63,997 nucleotides of DNA, filler included, from Octopus bimaculoides (GCF_001194135.2; 9 parts of 9 records of this genome joined end to end with filler, not necessarily neighbours in it); one strand, 5' to 3'; positions 28,709 through 41,134 are shown, numbered from the whole stretch's first letter. Notes: generated by a model not told the origin, from the sequence alone. A program made the numbers and translations.

Positions 28709-29084
28709 GGAGGCGCAATGGCCCAGTGGTTAGGGCAGCGGACTCGCGGTCATAGGATCGCGGTTTCGATTCCCAGACCGGGCGTTGTGAGTGTTTATTG
28801 AGCGAAAACACCTAAAAGCTCCACGAGGCTCTGACAGGGGATGGTGGCGAACCCTGCTGTACTCTTTCACCACAACTTTCTCTCACTCTTACTTCCTGTT
28901 TCTGTTGTACCTGTAATTCAAAGGGTCAGCCTTGTCACACTGTGTCACGCTGAATATCCACGAGAACTACGTTAAGGGTACACGTGTCTGTGGAGTGCTC
29001 AGCCACTTGCACGTTAATTTCACGAGCAGGCTGTTCCGTTGATCGGATCAACAGGAACCCTCGACGTTGTAAGCGACGGAGTGC

Positions 29085-29113
<29 letters not shown>
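28709..29113 (+). mobile_element. Full-length young tRNA-derived SINE (family C) with 14-bp TSD
   Basis: A box tggcccagtgg, B box ggtttcgattcc and (CAA)n tail. Perfect TSD attattttatcagt at 28695-28708 and 29114-29127. Confidence 0.9.
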
Positions 29114-29115
<2 letters not shown>

Positions 29116-29226
29116 TATTTTATCAGTAAGGAAAAATTGGATTTGAGGTGAGGACGTAAAGAAATATCAGTACATACTGTAAGTTCGATGCCCTACCAAT
29201 TCTGCCATTCACTTCTGAAGCTTACG

Positions 29227-29400
29227 AACTGGATTGAAAAAATGGGAGTAATTGCGAAGATAGGGCATCGACAGAAAATAATGTTGCTTGGGACCGTACG
29301 AATACTCGGAAAAATTCTCGAAATTTGAACGAAGAGTGTCGCTTGTTGTGGGCAGTTGACACTTTGTCATAACCTCCATCTAAGCTGCTGTGTTAACCCC
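29227..29400 (+). mobile_element. Short 3' fragment of a third RLE-type LINE
   Basis: NWIEKMGVIAKIGHRQKIMLLGTVRILGKILEI*, similar to the QK..LLGTARILRKVL terminus of R4-type elements. Confidence 0.6.
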
Positions 29401-30779
29401 CCCCCACCAGCAGTACGACAACAAAAAACAACTACAACAGCAGTAACAACAACAAAGATCGTATTAGTAGTAGTGGTAGTAGTACTAGTGCAGTAGTTCT
29501 TATAATGGTAGTGGTGTTGGTTGTAGTAGTAGCAGCAACAGCAGCAGTAATAGCTGTAGTAGAAGTAGTAATTGTTATGATTGGCTCAATGAAAGAAATA
29601 ACATTTCACTAGAGACAAAGAAAAGCAAACATTGTTACTTCACTGCTAAAAAATATCCATTAATATCGATGAAATAACGAAATAAAACGAGAATAAGGAA
29701 AATGCTGAAGGTATATTAATGTATAAGTGAAGTAGTATTGCTTCTTGTCTTAAATAAGTGACATTTTGCAAATGTTTGCACTAATGGTCAATTATATACT
29801 ACGTATAAACACTACCAGAGCATAAGTCAAATTACCACCAGATAGTCACAGTACCCGCTAACAAAAATTACAGATATTACAAATATGTACCGTATCAATC
29901 AATCCGACATTAAAAGAGAAATGCGTATTTTCAACTTAGTGCATAAATATTATAAAAAAAAAACAAAACAAAGCTGAACATTTTTTTGTGTGAGAATCAA
30001 ATAAACCAGTGTATGATAAAAATTGATAGCAATCTAAATAAGTAGCAATCGAAATGTACTCCTCAAGGCCTGTAAATAAAAACAGACAAGGTATAAATAG
30101 ACAAATGAGGATATATTTTATTACAACATACACAATTTAGAGCTACACATACCCCCCCCCCNNNNNNNNNNAAAAAAAAAAAAAACAAAAAAACAAAATG
30201 AATTTACCACTGTATTCACATTTATCTGGCAAGAAAATAACCTTGACGTAAAAGTAACTATGAATTTTTCCTAACATATTTGTTAATTAAAGAGAATATA
30301 TTCTCCAAAATTCTCCCTTTAAGTATCAGACATATAAATGAACATCTAAAGTAATATAATACGAAAATACAAACAAAGAAGAAAAGAGCAAACGGCACAA
30401 ATACAACAAAAATATACCTATAAGCATTGAGGACATAAACCACCGATGTTGACGTAGCACACGTAGAACAACCAGAATTATTAACAAAACGAGAATTTTC
30501 TAGAAAGTGAGATAACCAGAAATGGAGATTGAAAAAAGAAACAATTCCCACGGCAATAGCTACCTTGGGAATAATTAAGAACTGATATAGATAGTTATTT
30601 AACAAAAAATTCTATACCTTATATTACATACAAATATGTATTCATCTACGTGTAAGTGCTTGTGCGTGTTTTAGTGTGTATACCTATATACGTATGCATA
30701 TACATACATACATACATACATACATACATACATACATGCATACATATATACATACGATATATATAATGCATATATATAT

Positions 30780-31545
30780 ATTTTGACTTCTATTGTTTGT
30801 TGCCATCGTTGTAACAGAAGCTCAATTCCACGCTTATACCATTTAGCTGATTTGGTGGCAAAAAGTCTTTCTGCTCTCATTTCAACTTCATTCACACTGT
30901 TAAACCTCCGTCTGTGCAGAGAATCAACCACAGATCAGAAGAGATGGCAATCTTATGATGTAATATCTGGACTGTAGGCAGGGTGAGGCAGTACTTTAGC
31001 TCTTCAGGTTCTTCATGTTTTCGCGCTTGGTCACGTTGGCACTGTGTGCTGGAGCATTGTTTTGATGCAGGAGTGTGCATCTTCGATTGACTAATGTCAG
31101 GTAGCAGGCTTTCAAACCATCATACTTGCTGCAGTTGTTGGGCATAAAGTTTAGCGTTTTCAGTAAGACCATCTAGTATAAGTTCAAAGTGCAACTTACC
31201 CTCGAAATTCCATCAAGCACACAACAAGANNNNNNNNNNNNNNNNNNNNNNNNNNNNNNNNNNNNNNNNNNNNNNNNNNNNNNNNNNNNNTTCTGCTCAA
31301 ACTGCCCTGGTTTGAAGCCTGGTCGGAATGAAGCTACTTATTTCTCTTATTAGGATTACGAAAATAAAATCTCTAGGTACAAGTTGAGACAGATCATTGA
31401 TTAGTTCGAAAGGAATTTCTCGACAGCGTCTGTTTACAAAGCCAAGGTTATGGAGGTGTCGACTGATGGTGCTTTGTGAAAGACGAAGTTCTGCCGACAA
31501 CGAGTGCGCGCACTTAGCTGCTGTTAAGCCATTTCAAACAAGACC
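30780..31545 (-). mobile_element. Degenerate Mos1-like mariner transposase (DD34D region)
   Basis: Fragments LSQSTISRHLHNLGF, LLHQNNAPAHSA, LPHPAYSPDI and KWYKRGIELLLQRWQQTIE. Interrupted by an N gap and abutting a SINE at ~31555. Confidence 0.8.
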
Positions 31546-31554
31546 ACATCATTC

Positions 31555-31874
31555 ACAAGTGTCTTCTACTATAGCCTCGGCCGACCAAAGCCTTGTGAGT
31601 GGATATGGTAGACGGAAATTGAAAGGAGCCCATCGTATATATGTATTTATATATATATGTATGTGTGTGTATATGTTTGCGTGTCTGTGTTTGTCCCCCC
31701 AACATCGCTTGATAACGGATGGTGGTGAGTTTACGTCCCCGTAAACTAGCGGTTCGGCAAAAGAAACCGATAGAATAAGTACTAGGCTTACAAAGAATAA
31801 GTCCTGGGGTCGATTTGCTCGAGTAAAGGCAGTACTCCAGCATTGCCACAGTCAAATGACTGAAACAAGTAAAA
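31555..31874 (+). mobile_element. SINE family A copy
   Basis: Runs from caagtgtcttctactatagcctcggccgacc to gtcaaatgactgaaacaagtaaaa. Confidence 0.8.
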
Positions 31875-31974
31875 NNNNNNNNNNNNNNNNNNNNNNNNNN
31901 NNNNNNNNNNNNNNNNNNTTAATTAATTAANNNNNNNNNNNNNNNNNNNNNNNNNNNNNNNNNNNNNNNNNNNN
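31875..31974. other. Artificial 100-bp gap spacer (44 N + TTAATTAATTAA + 44 N)
   Basis: Identical spacers at 4999-5098, 14219-14318, 23355-23454, 45489-45588, 56572-56671, 58772-58871 and 62876-62975. The 12-mer is palindromic and has stops in all six frames. Confidence 0.95.
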
Positions 31975-32270
31975 TGATTACTACCTAGATCAGATTCCAG
32001 GAAACCCCAAAATGGCTGAAGTTCAAAAGATAGTGCTCATGGGAACTGCCCATATCCTACGTAAAATACTGTCTATGTGATCTCAAATTTTAAAGCAAAC
32101 ATAATTTTCTTATGGTTTCTTAAACATTCACTTGAACAAAACTGTACAAATCCAAATATATGGTACCCTAGGCATAACACCTACATGAACTTCTAACTTG
32201 TTGTCTCTTGAGGTCTCTGGGTGAGACTTGGATCCAACTTGTACAAATGCAAAACAAAAGTCAAACATAA

Positions 32271-32300
<30 letters not shown>
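31975..32300 (+). mobile_element. 3' end of a Dong/R4-like LINE ending in an (AAT)n tract
   Basis: YLDQIPGNPKMAEVQKIVLMGTAHILRKILSM* (stop 32078-32080), a ~190-nt 3' UTR, then (AAT)n at 32271-32300. Confidence 0.75.
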
Positions 32301-32304
<4 letters not shown>

Positions 32305-32351
32305 GGCCGATTCCGGGCATTTTCGGCTATGAGGGGCATTTTCGACCATGC

Positions 32352-32395
<44 letters not shown>

Positions 32396-33136
32396 CAGCT
32401 TTACAATATATACTGATATATTATATCCAGTGATTTTAAGAGTTATGAAAAAGATATTTTGTTTTAATATTATACTTTTACTTGTTTCACACACGTACAC
32501 AAACTCTAATGTGTTTTTTGGTGAAATTTTGTATCACTCTTTATCATTCTTTATCGCTTCACTAACTTCTATAACCTCTGCATTTTCACTTATTCTTTTC
32601 AAATTTGTTTGAATAATGTAATCCACGCTTTCCCGAAAACGTATTTCTGCAAAATGTTATCTAAAAGTATGGGTAAAGAAAAAAACAGCAAAAAATATTT
32701 GAAAATGTGGTGGTGAGGTGAAATTTCCGAGGGTTTGGGCGAAACTACGTAGACATTCCAGACCCCGACTGAAGAAGCAATTGGCTGCGAATGATTCGTA
32801 TATCTTGTTTTGTCCTGTTTGCCGTTGTTGTGATATCGTCCTTTTCCTGCTTGTTATATTTAGATGATTTCCGTTTGTTGTGTTTTTTACCTTTGATTTA
32901 TCCATGCAGCGCTACGTACAATTTGGTGTATATATATATATATGTAATCCAAAATAGGGAATGGAGTAGATAAAATCCAGGCTACATATGCTTCATAGCT
33001 AGCAGAACTTCGGAAGTAGTAATTACCCAAACGAGGGGTAATTCGCTAGCTACTCGTCAGGCGAAAGATACCTTAATGAAATGAAGTCTAAACTGTTGTC
33101 AAAGAATCTCTTGTTAACTCGCAGGAGATTCGATAA

Positions 33137-33236
<100 letters not shown>

Positions 33237-36200
33237 GGTGAGTGAATGAGTGAGTGAGTGGAATATTCGGTAGTACCTAAGGTAATCGTAAATAATTGAT
33301 TCCATTCATCGTGAAAAATTGGATGTTAGATCAATCATTAATTGAAAATTGCTGAGAACAAGAAGGAAGACCTAAAAACCTTTAAATTTTAAACGCTTTC
33401 GCCAACATTAACAGGATGTCATACAGGAGAATATGAATGTGAAATAGGATCTGAAAGTATCTTTGGGAATGCCGCCATCAGCGGACAGAGAGTTTCGTAT
33501 GATAAGAGGAGAAAGTGCTGATTCATATAACAACATCTGCAAATAAGTAAGGTTGGTTTCCGCTTGTTGTTTAGCTCCAGATCAATTTTGCTTTAGTAAA
33601 TATATGATCTTTAGTAGATATATGATCTTTAGTAGGTATATGATCAAAAGCATTCAAGTCGTGACTATCCTGTCTGTCTATTTATTTATTAATTTGAAAT
33701 CATGCGTTATCCTGTGTCTCCTTCCTCTTTAAGACGGTGCACTATGATTTCAAGGAAATTTCCTACAATTTCTAATAAGCAGAAAAAAAATGTTTAGAAG
33801 TTTCTACGCTGGCTCGAACTCCATTATAATCTGCCGATGGTCATACAGATCAGATGACAAATGTAAGACAATCATCAATATTATAGCGAGCCTGAAGGTG
33901 GCAAGCTGGTACAATCCTTAGCACACCGGGCAAAATGCTTAGCGATATTTCGTCCGTCTTTACGTACTGAGTTCAAATTCCGCCGAGGTTGACTTTGCCT
34001 TTCATCTTTTCAGGGTCGATAAAATAAGTAGCAGCTAAGTACTAAGATCAATGTAGTCGACTTACCACCTCTTCCAAACTTGCTCGCCTTATGCCAAAAT
34101 TTGAAGCAAATATTATGACGAGCAGGGTGATGAGTAGAAAGATGCAAATTATACAGAATATTTCCAATTACTTTTACATGTGGTGTTTGAATGGAATTTC
34201 TGTGTTTTGACGTTTCATCATTCGACCTCATTTCAGTCAAGATCATGGCAGATTAAGACATACTGGAAACGTTCTGATATTTAATTCAACCCTCCTCGGT
34301 GTTACCCGTTGTGAAAGAGAGCGAGAAAACGTGTAGTGGTCGTAAGGCTTCGCTCGTCTTTGATTTTTTTGTTCGCGGCATTGCTAAACTTCTCTCCTTT
34401 CAAGCAACATCCTAAGAACTTAGTTATAATTTAGCCTAGTTGATTTATCCTTCACAGAAAAATATCATAGTAGAGGTCACCCACCGAGTAATTGTGTGTA
34501 TGTATGTATGAGTGTGTATATATGTATTTGTGAATGTATGTATGTGTGTATTATGTGTGTATATATGTATGTATGTATGTATGTGTGTATGTATGTATGT
34601 ATGTATGTATGTATGTGGTTGCAAACATTGAAAGGGATGTTTCTATAATTATTTTTCCAGTTTCAAAACTAAATTGGTGAGGAAATTAATAGCCAGGAAA
34701 TATAAATTCAATAACTTGAAGACCGAACAGCTCCTTTATCGAAGACCTTTTTATATCTGTTCGTTTCATTCTCAGACGATATTAAACTGTACATATTCCT
34801 CTGTTCTAATTTATATCTCGAAATCACTTCGTTAAATTAGATTCTCTACTGTGATAAATCCGTTTACTTTTCTGTCATATTTATATCCTAGGCTCAACTG
34901 GTTATACAGTATTCTCATCAAAGTTTGAAATGGTAGAAAAAATTTTGAGGGCAAGTCGGGAACTATTTCTAGAAAGTTATGCTACCATATAGATGTATAG
35001 TTCTTTACCGTTTCTATATCAGTATCCCTTCCAAGGAATGGATGGTTTTACAAGTCTTCAACGCCGTTTTGTAAAAATATAAAAGAATTATAATAATAAC
35101 AGCTGCTTATTTAAAACAAATATGTTTGAGGGAAAAATGGAAACTCTAGGAAGTTATGGGACCATGTAGAGGTATGCTTCTTTACCATTTGTAGACCAGC
35201 ATCCCTTTCAAGGAATGGTAGTTTTACAAGTGTTCCGTGCTTGTAATATAAAATATAAATATAAAAAATAAAAATTATATTTTTATATTTATATATAAAT
35301 ATCTAAAAAAATAAATTATAATAACAGCTGCTTATTTTAGAAAATAAGTTTGAGAGCCATATAGAACAATGGTCAACAATCATAAGTTGAACTGTGACGC
35401 CTTTCAAGGAACGGGTTTTACAAGTTATCTCACTGAATGTTTCGTAAAACCGAAAATTAAAACATGAATATGAAGCTAATTTTGCGCAGTGATTTATAGC
35501 AGGACATAGTAAATAGAAGAGAGAAAGCTCGAGGCCATGCCCTTTCATACGCATACGTATATATATAAATAGACAGTCGTACACTATCACAACCATTCCC
35601 GGGCATACATAAGAGAGAGGAAAGAAGAGAAAAGATTACCACAGTCATGATTACTCAACGTTAAGAAAAAATCGTAATATTAAATAGCAAGAATAACAAT
35701 TATAGTACGAGTGGCACCTATCATAAATCTACGGTAAAGAAAGCAAGTAGTCACTTTGTTGACAAATTTATGGTACACGACTTCAAATATTCTGCTCTCT
35801 GGTAGACAATGAAAACGTTTGTTTATAGGATTTTCCGAAGTTGATGATGAGTGACATGTAGTGCATCGCCACTTCTTACCCTGTTACTCGTACGCATTAA
35901 TATCTAGTACACAGATCACACATTCATACACTGCGCCGAACCTAGGTTTCCATGTACGTTCACCGAGGTTTCTAGGGACATAGCCGTCACAGATACACGT
36001 GTACAAATACCCTCATATTATCATACCACACAACGACCAATCTTTCATAAACTTTAGCGTAGGTATTTACAAAATAATGGTAGATTATTCAAGTATATTA
36101 TGTAAACCAATCCGGTTCTAAAGTTTGAAACCAATATTCATACGGACAAACTGTGACACCTCAACGTAGTTGTTGGCCAGCCCCTAGCTACACACTGCTT

Positions 36201-36386
36201 TAGATAAGATGAAATAGTCATGGCTAGAACGCCTTTAATCATAGGTTTGTTCAATCAAAGCCAGCCTGGAGCCAAATAACCAACAACAAATCCGTCTCTA
36301 CAACTAAGGGACATTTTAATGTGTCTGAAGTGATAAAAAAAAGAATAGCAAAATATTAACAATAAAGGAAAGCATATTCGTCTTAC

Positions 36387-36566
36387 CCCTCCTCCGATCG
36401 CCCATGCGTAGAAAACACTCCTGCAGTGAGTCCAATCAAATGCCATATTTGGTAGGTAGCATTCATTCTCAGTGGTAAGATTTGCCGAGTTGTTCAGTCT
36501 GAAGCATTCATATAGCAGCATATGATGTACAAACATCTCGTTGCCCTTTTGTATCTTTGGTGACAC
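36387..36566 (-). CDS. MOXD1: Internal coding exon (180 nt, phase 0-0) carrying the His-His CuH ligands
   Basis: Acceptor cttttatcag and donor gtaaga. Translates VSPKIQKGNEMFVHHMLLYECFRLNNSANLTTENECYLPNMAFDWTHCRSVFYAWAIGGG. VHHxLLYxC, ECYxPNM and AWAIGG are conserved in MOXD1/DBH-like proteins. Confidence 0.93.
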
Positions 36567-36642
36567 CTGATAAAAGATTTGAACCGAAATTATTCATAAA
36601 AACGCATAAGAATAAAGAAAGCAAATAAAAAGTGTTAGATAA

Positions 36643-36920
36643 GTGTCGGATTGGCTGTGTGGTAAGTAGCTTGCTTACCAACCACATGGTTCAGTCTCAC
36701 TGCGTGGCACCTTGAGCACCTCTACTATAGCCTCGGGCCAACAAAAGCTTTGTAAATTGATTTGGTAGACGGAAACTGAAAGAAGCCCGTCGTATATACG
36801 TGTGTGTGTGTGTGTGTGCTTGTCCCCACCCCACCATTGCTTGACAACCGATGTCAGTGTGTTCACGAACCCATAACTTAGCTGTTCGGCAAAAGAGACC
36901 GATAGAATAAGTACTACAAT
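36643..36920 (+). mobile_element. SINE family A copy ~75 bp from the MOXD1 HH-exon acceptor
   Basis: Family A head and body with internal deletions; antisense to MOXD1. Confidence 0.8.
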
Positions 36921-37894
36921 AAAATAGGTAACAGAATATTAAAAAATACTGCAATTGATGTAATGCGCTCTAAACTGTTGGTGCCGTATCATGACGTACT
37001 TAAGTGTCTTAAACAGCACAAGAACAACAAAAAGAAAAATGTAAGAAAGAAACAATGTCACGCAATAAAAAAGAAGGTCCTTGATCATTTAGTGGAACGA
37101 AAATTTAGCATTTTTCTAGTAATAATATATAGCAAAATTTTAAGCTTCAGGCATTTTCAGCTTCCACAATTTTTTATTTTCACTCCACCCAAGATTACAC
37201 AATCTACATACCCGCACACACATACATGTGTTTTAAGGTGGAGTGAAAATTAAAAAAATTGAAATTGCGTGAGGCCTAAAATTACTCACTCAAACCCCAC
37301 AAACTCCGCTATTGTGAAAAATTTACAAAAATCCCCCATTTTCGGAGTTTAGGAGACTTGAGGGAGTAAATGCCCTCGATTTGATCTCGGCGAAAATTTA
37401 ACATTTTTCTAGTAATTAAATATAGCAACATTTTAGTTCTCAGGCATTTTCAATTTTTACAAATTTTTTTTTTTCACTCCACCCTGTTGTACACCGCACA
37501 TGTGACTCAACACTTTCCTCTGTTTGACAATCACGTGTATTTTAACGTGAAACTAAGCTACGGTGGTTTCACTGACACATTTTTTAAATTTTCTATTGAG
37601 TGGTTACTTAAAGAAGAGGTTATACTACATTTACCAATGTACGGCTTTTTATTTGAAGGTTTTTCTTTCTTAATTTTCGTTGACATAGGAACAAAACTTA
37701 CATCTCACAAACAATTTTATATCATAGCAATTTACAAGGGTGAATAATGAATTGGGTTAGCAATTAAACTTAAGATCTTTTCAAGTAACGTTACTGTGCT
37801 TACAAACACTGTAAGATATGTTCTAATTACTTGTTTATTTCCACGCATTGATTTACTTGTTATAAAATACACAAGTGCAGACATAGCCGTCTGG

Positions 37895-38185
37895 TTAAGA
37901 AGTTCGTTTTGTAACCACATAGTTTTGGCTTCAATCCCTTTATATGACACCTCAGACAAATTTCTTCTATAATACCCCAGCTGCGTTTGCGTTTGTCCTT
38001 AACCCTTACTTCTTGACAACAAAATTTGGTTTGATTATGTCCTCGTAATTTAGCGGCTCGGCAAAGGAGAACGATAGGAAAAGTACCAGACTTTAAAAGT
38101 ACTGGGGTCGGTTTGTTCGACTACACTCGCCAAAGTGGTGCCCCAGCATGGCTGCAGTTCACTCAGTGAAACAAGTAAAAATTAT
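37895..38185 (+). mobile_element. Diverged SINE family A copy
   Basis: Head gacatagccgtctggttaagaagttcg and tail gtgccccagcatggctgcag. Confidence 0.65.
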
Positions 38186-39255
38186 AAAGTAAATATCCTC
38201 GACTTATCTAGAATAGCAAACAAAATACTTATTGTATTTGGTTCAGCATTTTTGAGAAAAAACTTCGCCTGTTCTGATAGCATTTAAAATAAGTATTGAA
38301 ATAAATATTTATGTACAGATTTCGTTTGTCCATAAATAATTTGCAATAAATTTCTCTCATAAGAATATACTTTGTTCTAAATTTCGATGTCCGCATTCTG
38401 ATTTGATTTATAACTATAACTCATGATTTTTCTTATATACGTGTAAGAACGACCGTGCGAACTCTAAAAGGAGAAATAGTGACGAATGGAAAAAACAGGA
38501 CTCCTTTTATTTATACGCGTCACACGGTCGAACACAAAATAATATATCAATGATGATATACAAATAATGTTATACTTCGATAACATTAGTGAATTCGTAA
38601 ATACCAGTAATGAAGAGACGATAGAAGGCAACCGTATGAAATGAATAACAGAGATATTTATTGTGGCATTAAAGATGTATGTCTGTGTGTGAGTGTGAAT
38701 GCGACATATAAAAACATAATAAAAGACAGGCCGTCGTACAAAGAAAAGAGTGTATGTGAGTGATACATGTATGTGTATGTGAGATATTACAGCAGATAGA
38801 AAGAGTCAGTAACACGTGAGCATTTATACCAGTTCTTGAGTACACAATTGGAAGAGTCTGTATGTGAAAGAAGTTGAGGCTGTGTGTGGCAGAGCGATCA
38901 CTAGTTGTGATGTTGACTTCCATGCCGGGCCGGGCTCTTGAGGACAGACGTTCGTCGCTGGCTGTGTTCTCTTGTCTGTTTATTTATCGTGGTGAATATG
39001 AATCACCAAACAGAATCGAAGAGAGAATATGTGCCGCAGTAGTTTGGATTGGTGTACATAGAAAGTCGTGTTGACGCTGGTGGTGATGATGCTGGTTAGT
39101 AGTAATCGTAGACTCGTGTTGCTGTTGGCGAGTCGTTGGACGAAGCTGTTGACGTGGTCGCTGGAACTGCTGCTGCTGCTGTTGTCGTGTGTGGTACACG
39201 GAACAGATCTCAAAGAGAAACTGAACCGAGACGAATTTGCCGCTGAATTAAAGCA

Positions 39256-39331
39256 TTTTATAGTTGATGGTAGGCTCACCAGACATCAGAAAAATACTCT
39301 ATCACGTGACCTTATTAGGGGCCGTGATTGG
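39256..39331 (-). promoter_or_regulatory. Candidate Pol II promoter module (CCAAT, E-box, TATA) in a CpG-rich, probably TE-derived segment
   Basis: On the minus strand: CCAAT at 39331-39327 (gaccaatca), GTCACGTGAT at 39310-39301 and TATAAAA at 39262-39256, in canonical order. Confidence 0.35.
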
Positions 39332-39493
39332 TCAGTTTGCGTTCTGGCGGGAACGGTTCGAAGAAGTTGCCGCTTCGAATATTTAAATGAGAAGATTGTG
39401 TGTAATGGCGATAGGTAGTTTAAATGTATAAGTGCGTTTTGAAACCAGTAAAAGATAAAAAAAAAAGTAAAAATAAGAAATAATGTATTTATA

Positions 39494-40370
39494 TACGAGA
39501 GGATATCCAAAAGTAAACGGAAACGTTCTCTGTGGGAAAATCCCGTTGTAGTTCATGCTTGCACCACTAGAAGCCACTTGATGCGACCCGTAGGCATCAG
39601 TCTGTCAACCGGTGTCGTCAAGTGAAATCCTACTGCCACATGGTATGTTTTTGTTTTACAGTGCTTCTCCCCTGTTCGTCGATTTTTGCGACGGCTGAAA
39701 CGAAGGGACAGCGCGCTTCCATGAAATTCTGTTTTCTTCTGGGGAAAACAGCGGCCGAAACCGTTGTCATGCTTCAAACAGCTTACAAGGACGCTGCCAT
39801 GAACAAAACACAAGTTTACGAGTGGTTTTCACACTTTAGGAATGATAACTTGTCGCTTGAAAACCAACCTCGTTCAGGGCGACTGTCGATCTTCCGAACG
39901 AATGAAAACATCACGTTCATGAACTGATCTTGGAAGACTGTCACCGAACAACTTACGAACTTATTGACATGACTAATGTGTCCTGCAGCATCTGCCAACG
40001 AATTTTGAGCGAGGAATTGCGAATGAAAAGAGTTGCAGTAAAATTTGTGCCTCACTTACTCACGGAAGATCGAAAGCAGTCACATCTGAATGAGTGTCAA
40101 GAATTGAAAGAACAGTTGACAGTTGATCTGGACCTTTTTTTCGAAGGTCATCACTGGTCATGAAAGCTGCTGCTATGGCTACGACCCGGAAACGAAGCAG
40201 CAATCAAGTCAATGGAAGTATTCAATGTCACCACGTCCCCCAAAAGTGCGTCAAGTGAAGTCCATTAAGACGATGCTGATTTGTTTCATCGATGTGAAAG
40301 GAACTGTCCACACAGTATTTATTCCTCCTTGTCAAACTGTTAAGCAGGCATTTTACTTGGCACTGTTTCG
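39494..40370 (+). mobile_element. 3'-truncated irritans-like mariner relic in a MOXD1 intron, antisense to the gene
   Basis: TA-cgagagg terminus. Peptides QRASMKFCFLLGKTAAETVVMLQTAYKD..QVYEWF..PRSGR, MKRVAVKFVPHLLT (WVPREL-equivalent) and KVITGHESCCYGYDPETKQQSSQW. Confidence 0.85.
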
Positions 40371-40465
40371 CTAATGCTGTCATTTATAGAGCTATAAACT
40401 CTATAATACCTTAGAAAATTACTATTTTTAAATTTCCCAACGAGAGATATTTAGCAACGCAACAG

Positions 40466-40902
40466 TACTTTGGAGTAAAGATTGTTTGCCAACATAATAT
40501 GGCAGTCCTAATTTAGGACGAATGCTGCTGTAATTTAGCTCCAGGAGACAGCGTCTCCAGCTGGCTATACGACATGATCTGTGTCCTTATATTTCTAATT
40601 TATAGATCAGTGACTAGTTGTTACTTTGAAAACTATATATTTCGAACGGGAATTTGGCAGAGCCACCTCTAGCCAAACAATTATTCTGTGCTGATGAAGG
40701 GAAATAACCTGGAAATTGCGATACACAGATATTGTTTTGAGCTGAGTGGGGGGTGCTAGATTCCCTTGTTCGAAAATATAAGGACACAGATCATGTCGTA
40801 TAGCCAGCTGGAGACGATGTCTTCTAGGGCTAAATTACAGCAGCATTCGTCCTAAACCAAGACTGCCCTGTTATGTTGGTAAACAATCTTTACTCTATAA
40901 TA
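40466..40902. mobile_element. MITE-like element with ~130-bp terminal inverted repeats
   Basis: Arms ~40466-40594 and ~40774-40902 are near-perfect reverse complements (ccagctggctatacgacatgatctgtgtccttatattt / aaatataaggacacagatcatgtcgtatagccagctgg). TA at both ends; no ORF. Confidence 0.8.
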
Positions 40903-41050
40903 CCTTTTTATAATTTGATGGTTTATGCACAAAGAAGTCTCTGTCTTGTATCTCTAATTTGTAATGTGACGCATCCACAACGATTTTCCCATACGGGAAT
41001 GAAAAGTTATAAAAAGAGTCCATTTTTTTTTCTCTCATGTAAATATTTAC

Positions 41051-41134
41051 CTGTATAATATGCTTTCTTTCAGAAAACCTCGGAACAATAAATGATTTGC
41101 ACCAATAAGTCGTGTGTTTTTCTGGGATTGGCAG
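41051..41134 (-). CDS. MOXD1: Internal coding exon (84 nt, phase 0-0), start of copper type II monooxygenase N-terminal domain
   Basis: Acceptor gttttatag and donor gtaaat. Translates LPIPEKHTTYWCKSFIVPRFSERKHIIQ, resembling human VPIPNKDTTYWCQMFKIPVFQEKHHVIK. Too short for the ORF track; read by hand. Confidence 0.9.

Noticed and set aside
28709-28790. tRNA-like sequence with A and B boxes
   Set aside because: This is the head of a SINE with body, tail and TSD, not a tRNA gene. The same applies to the other SINE heads.
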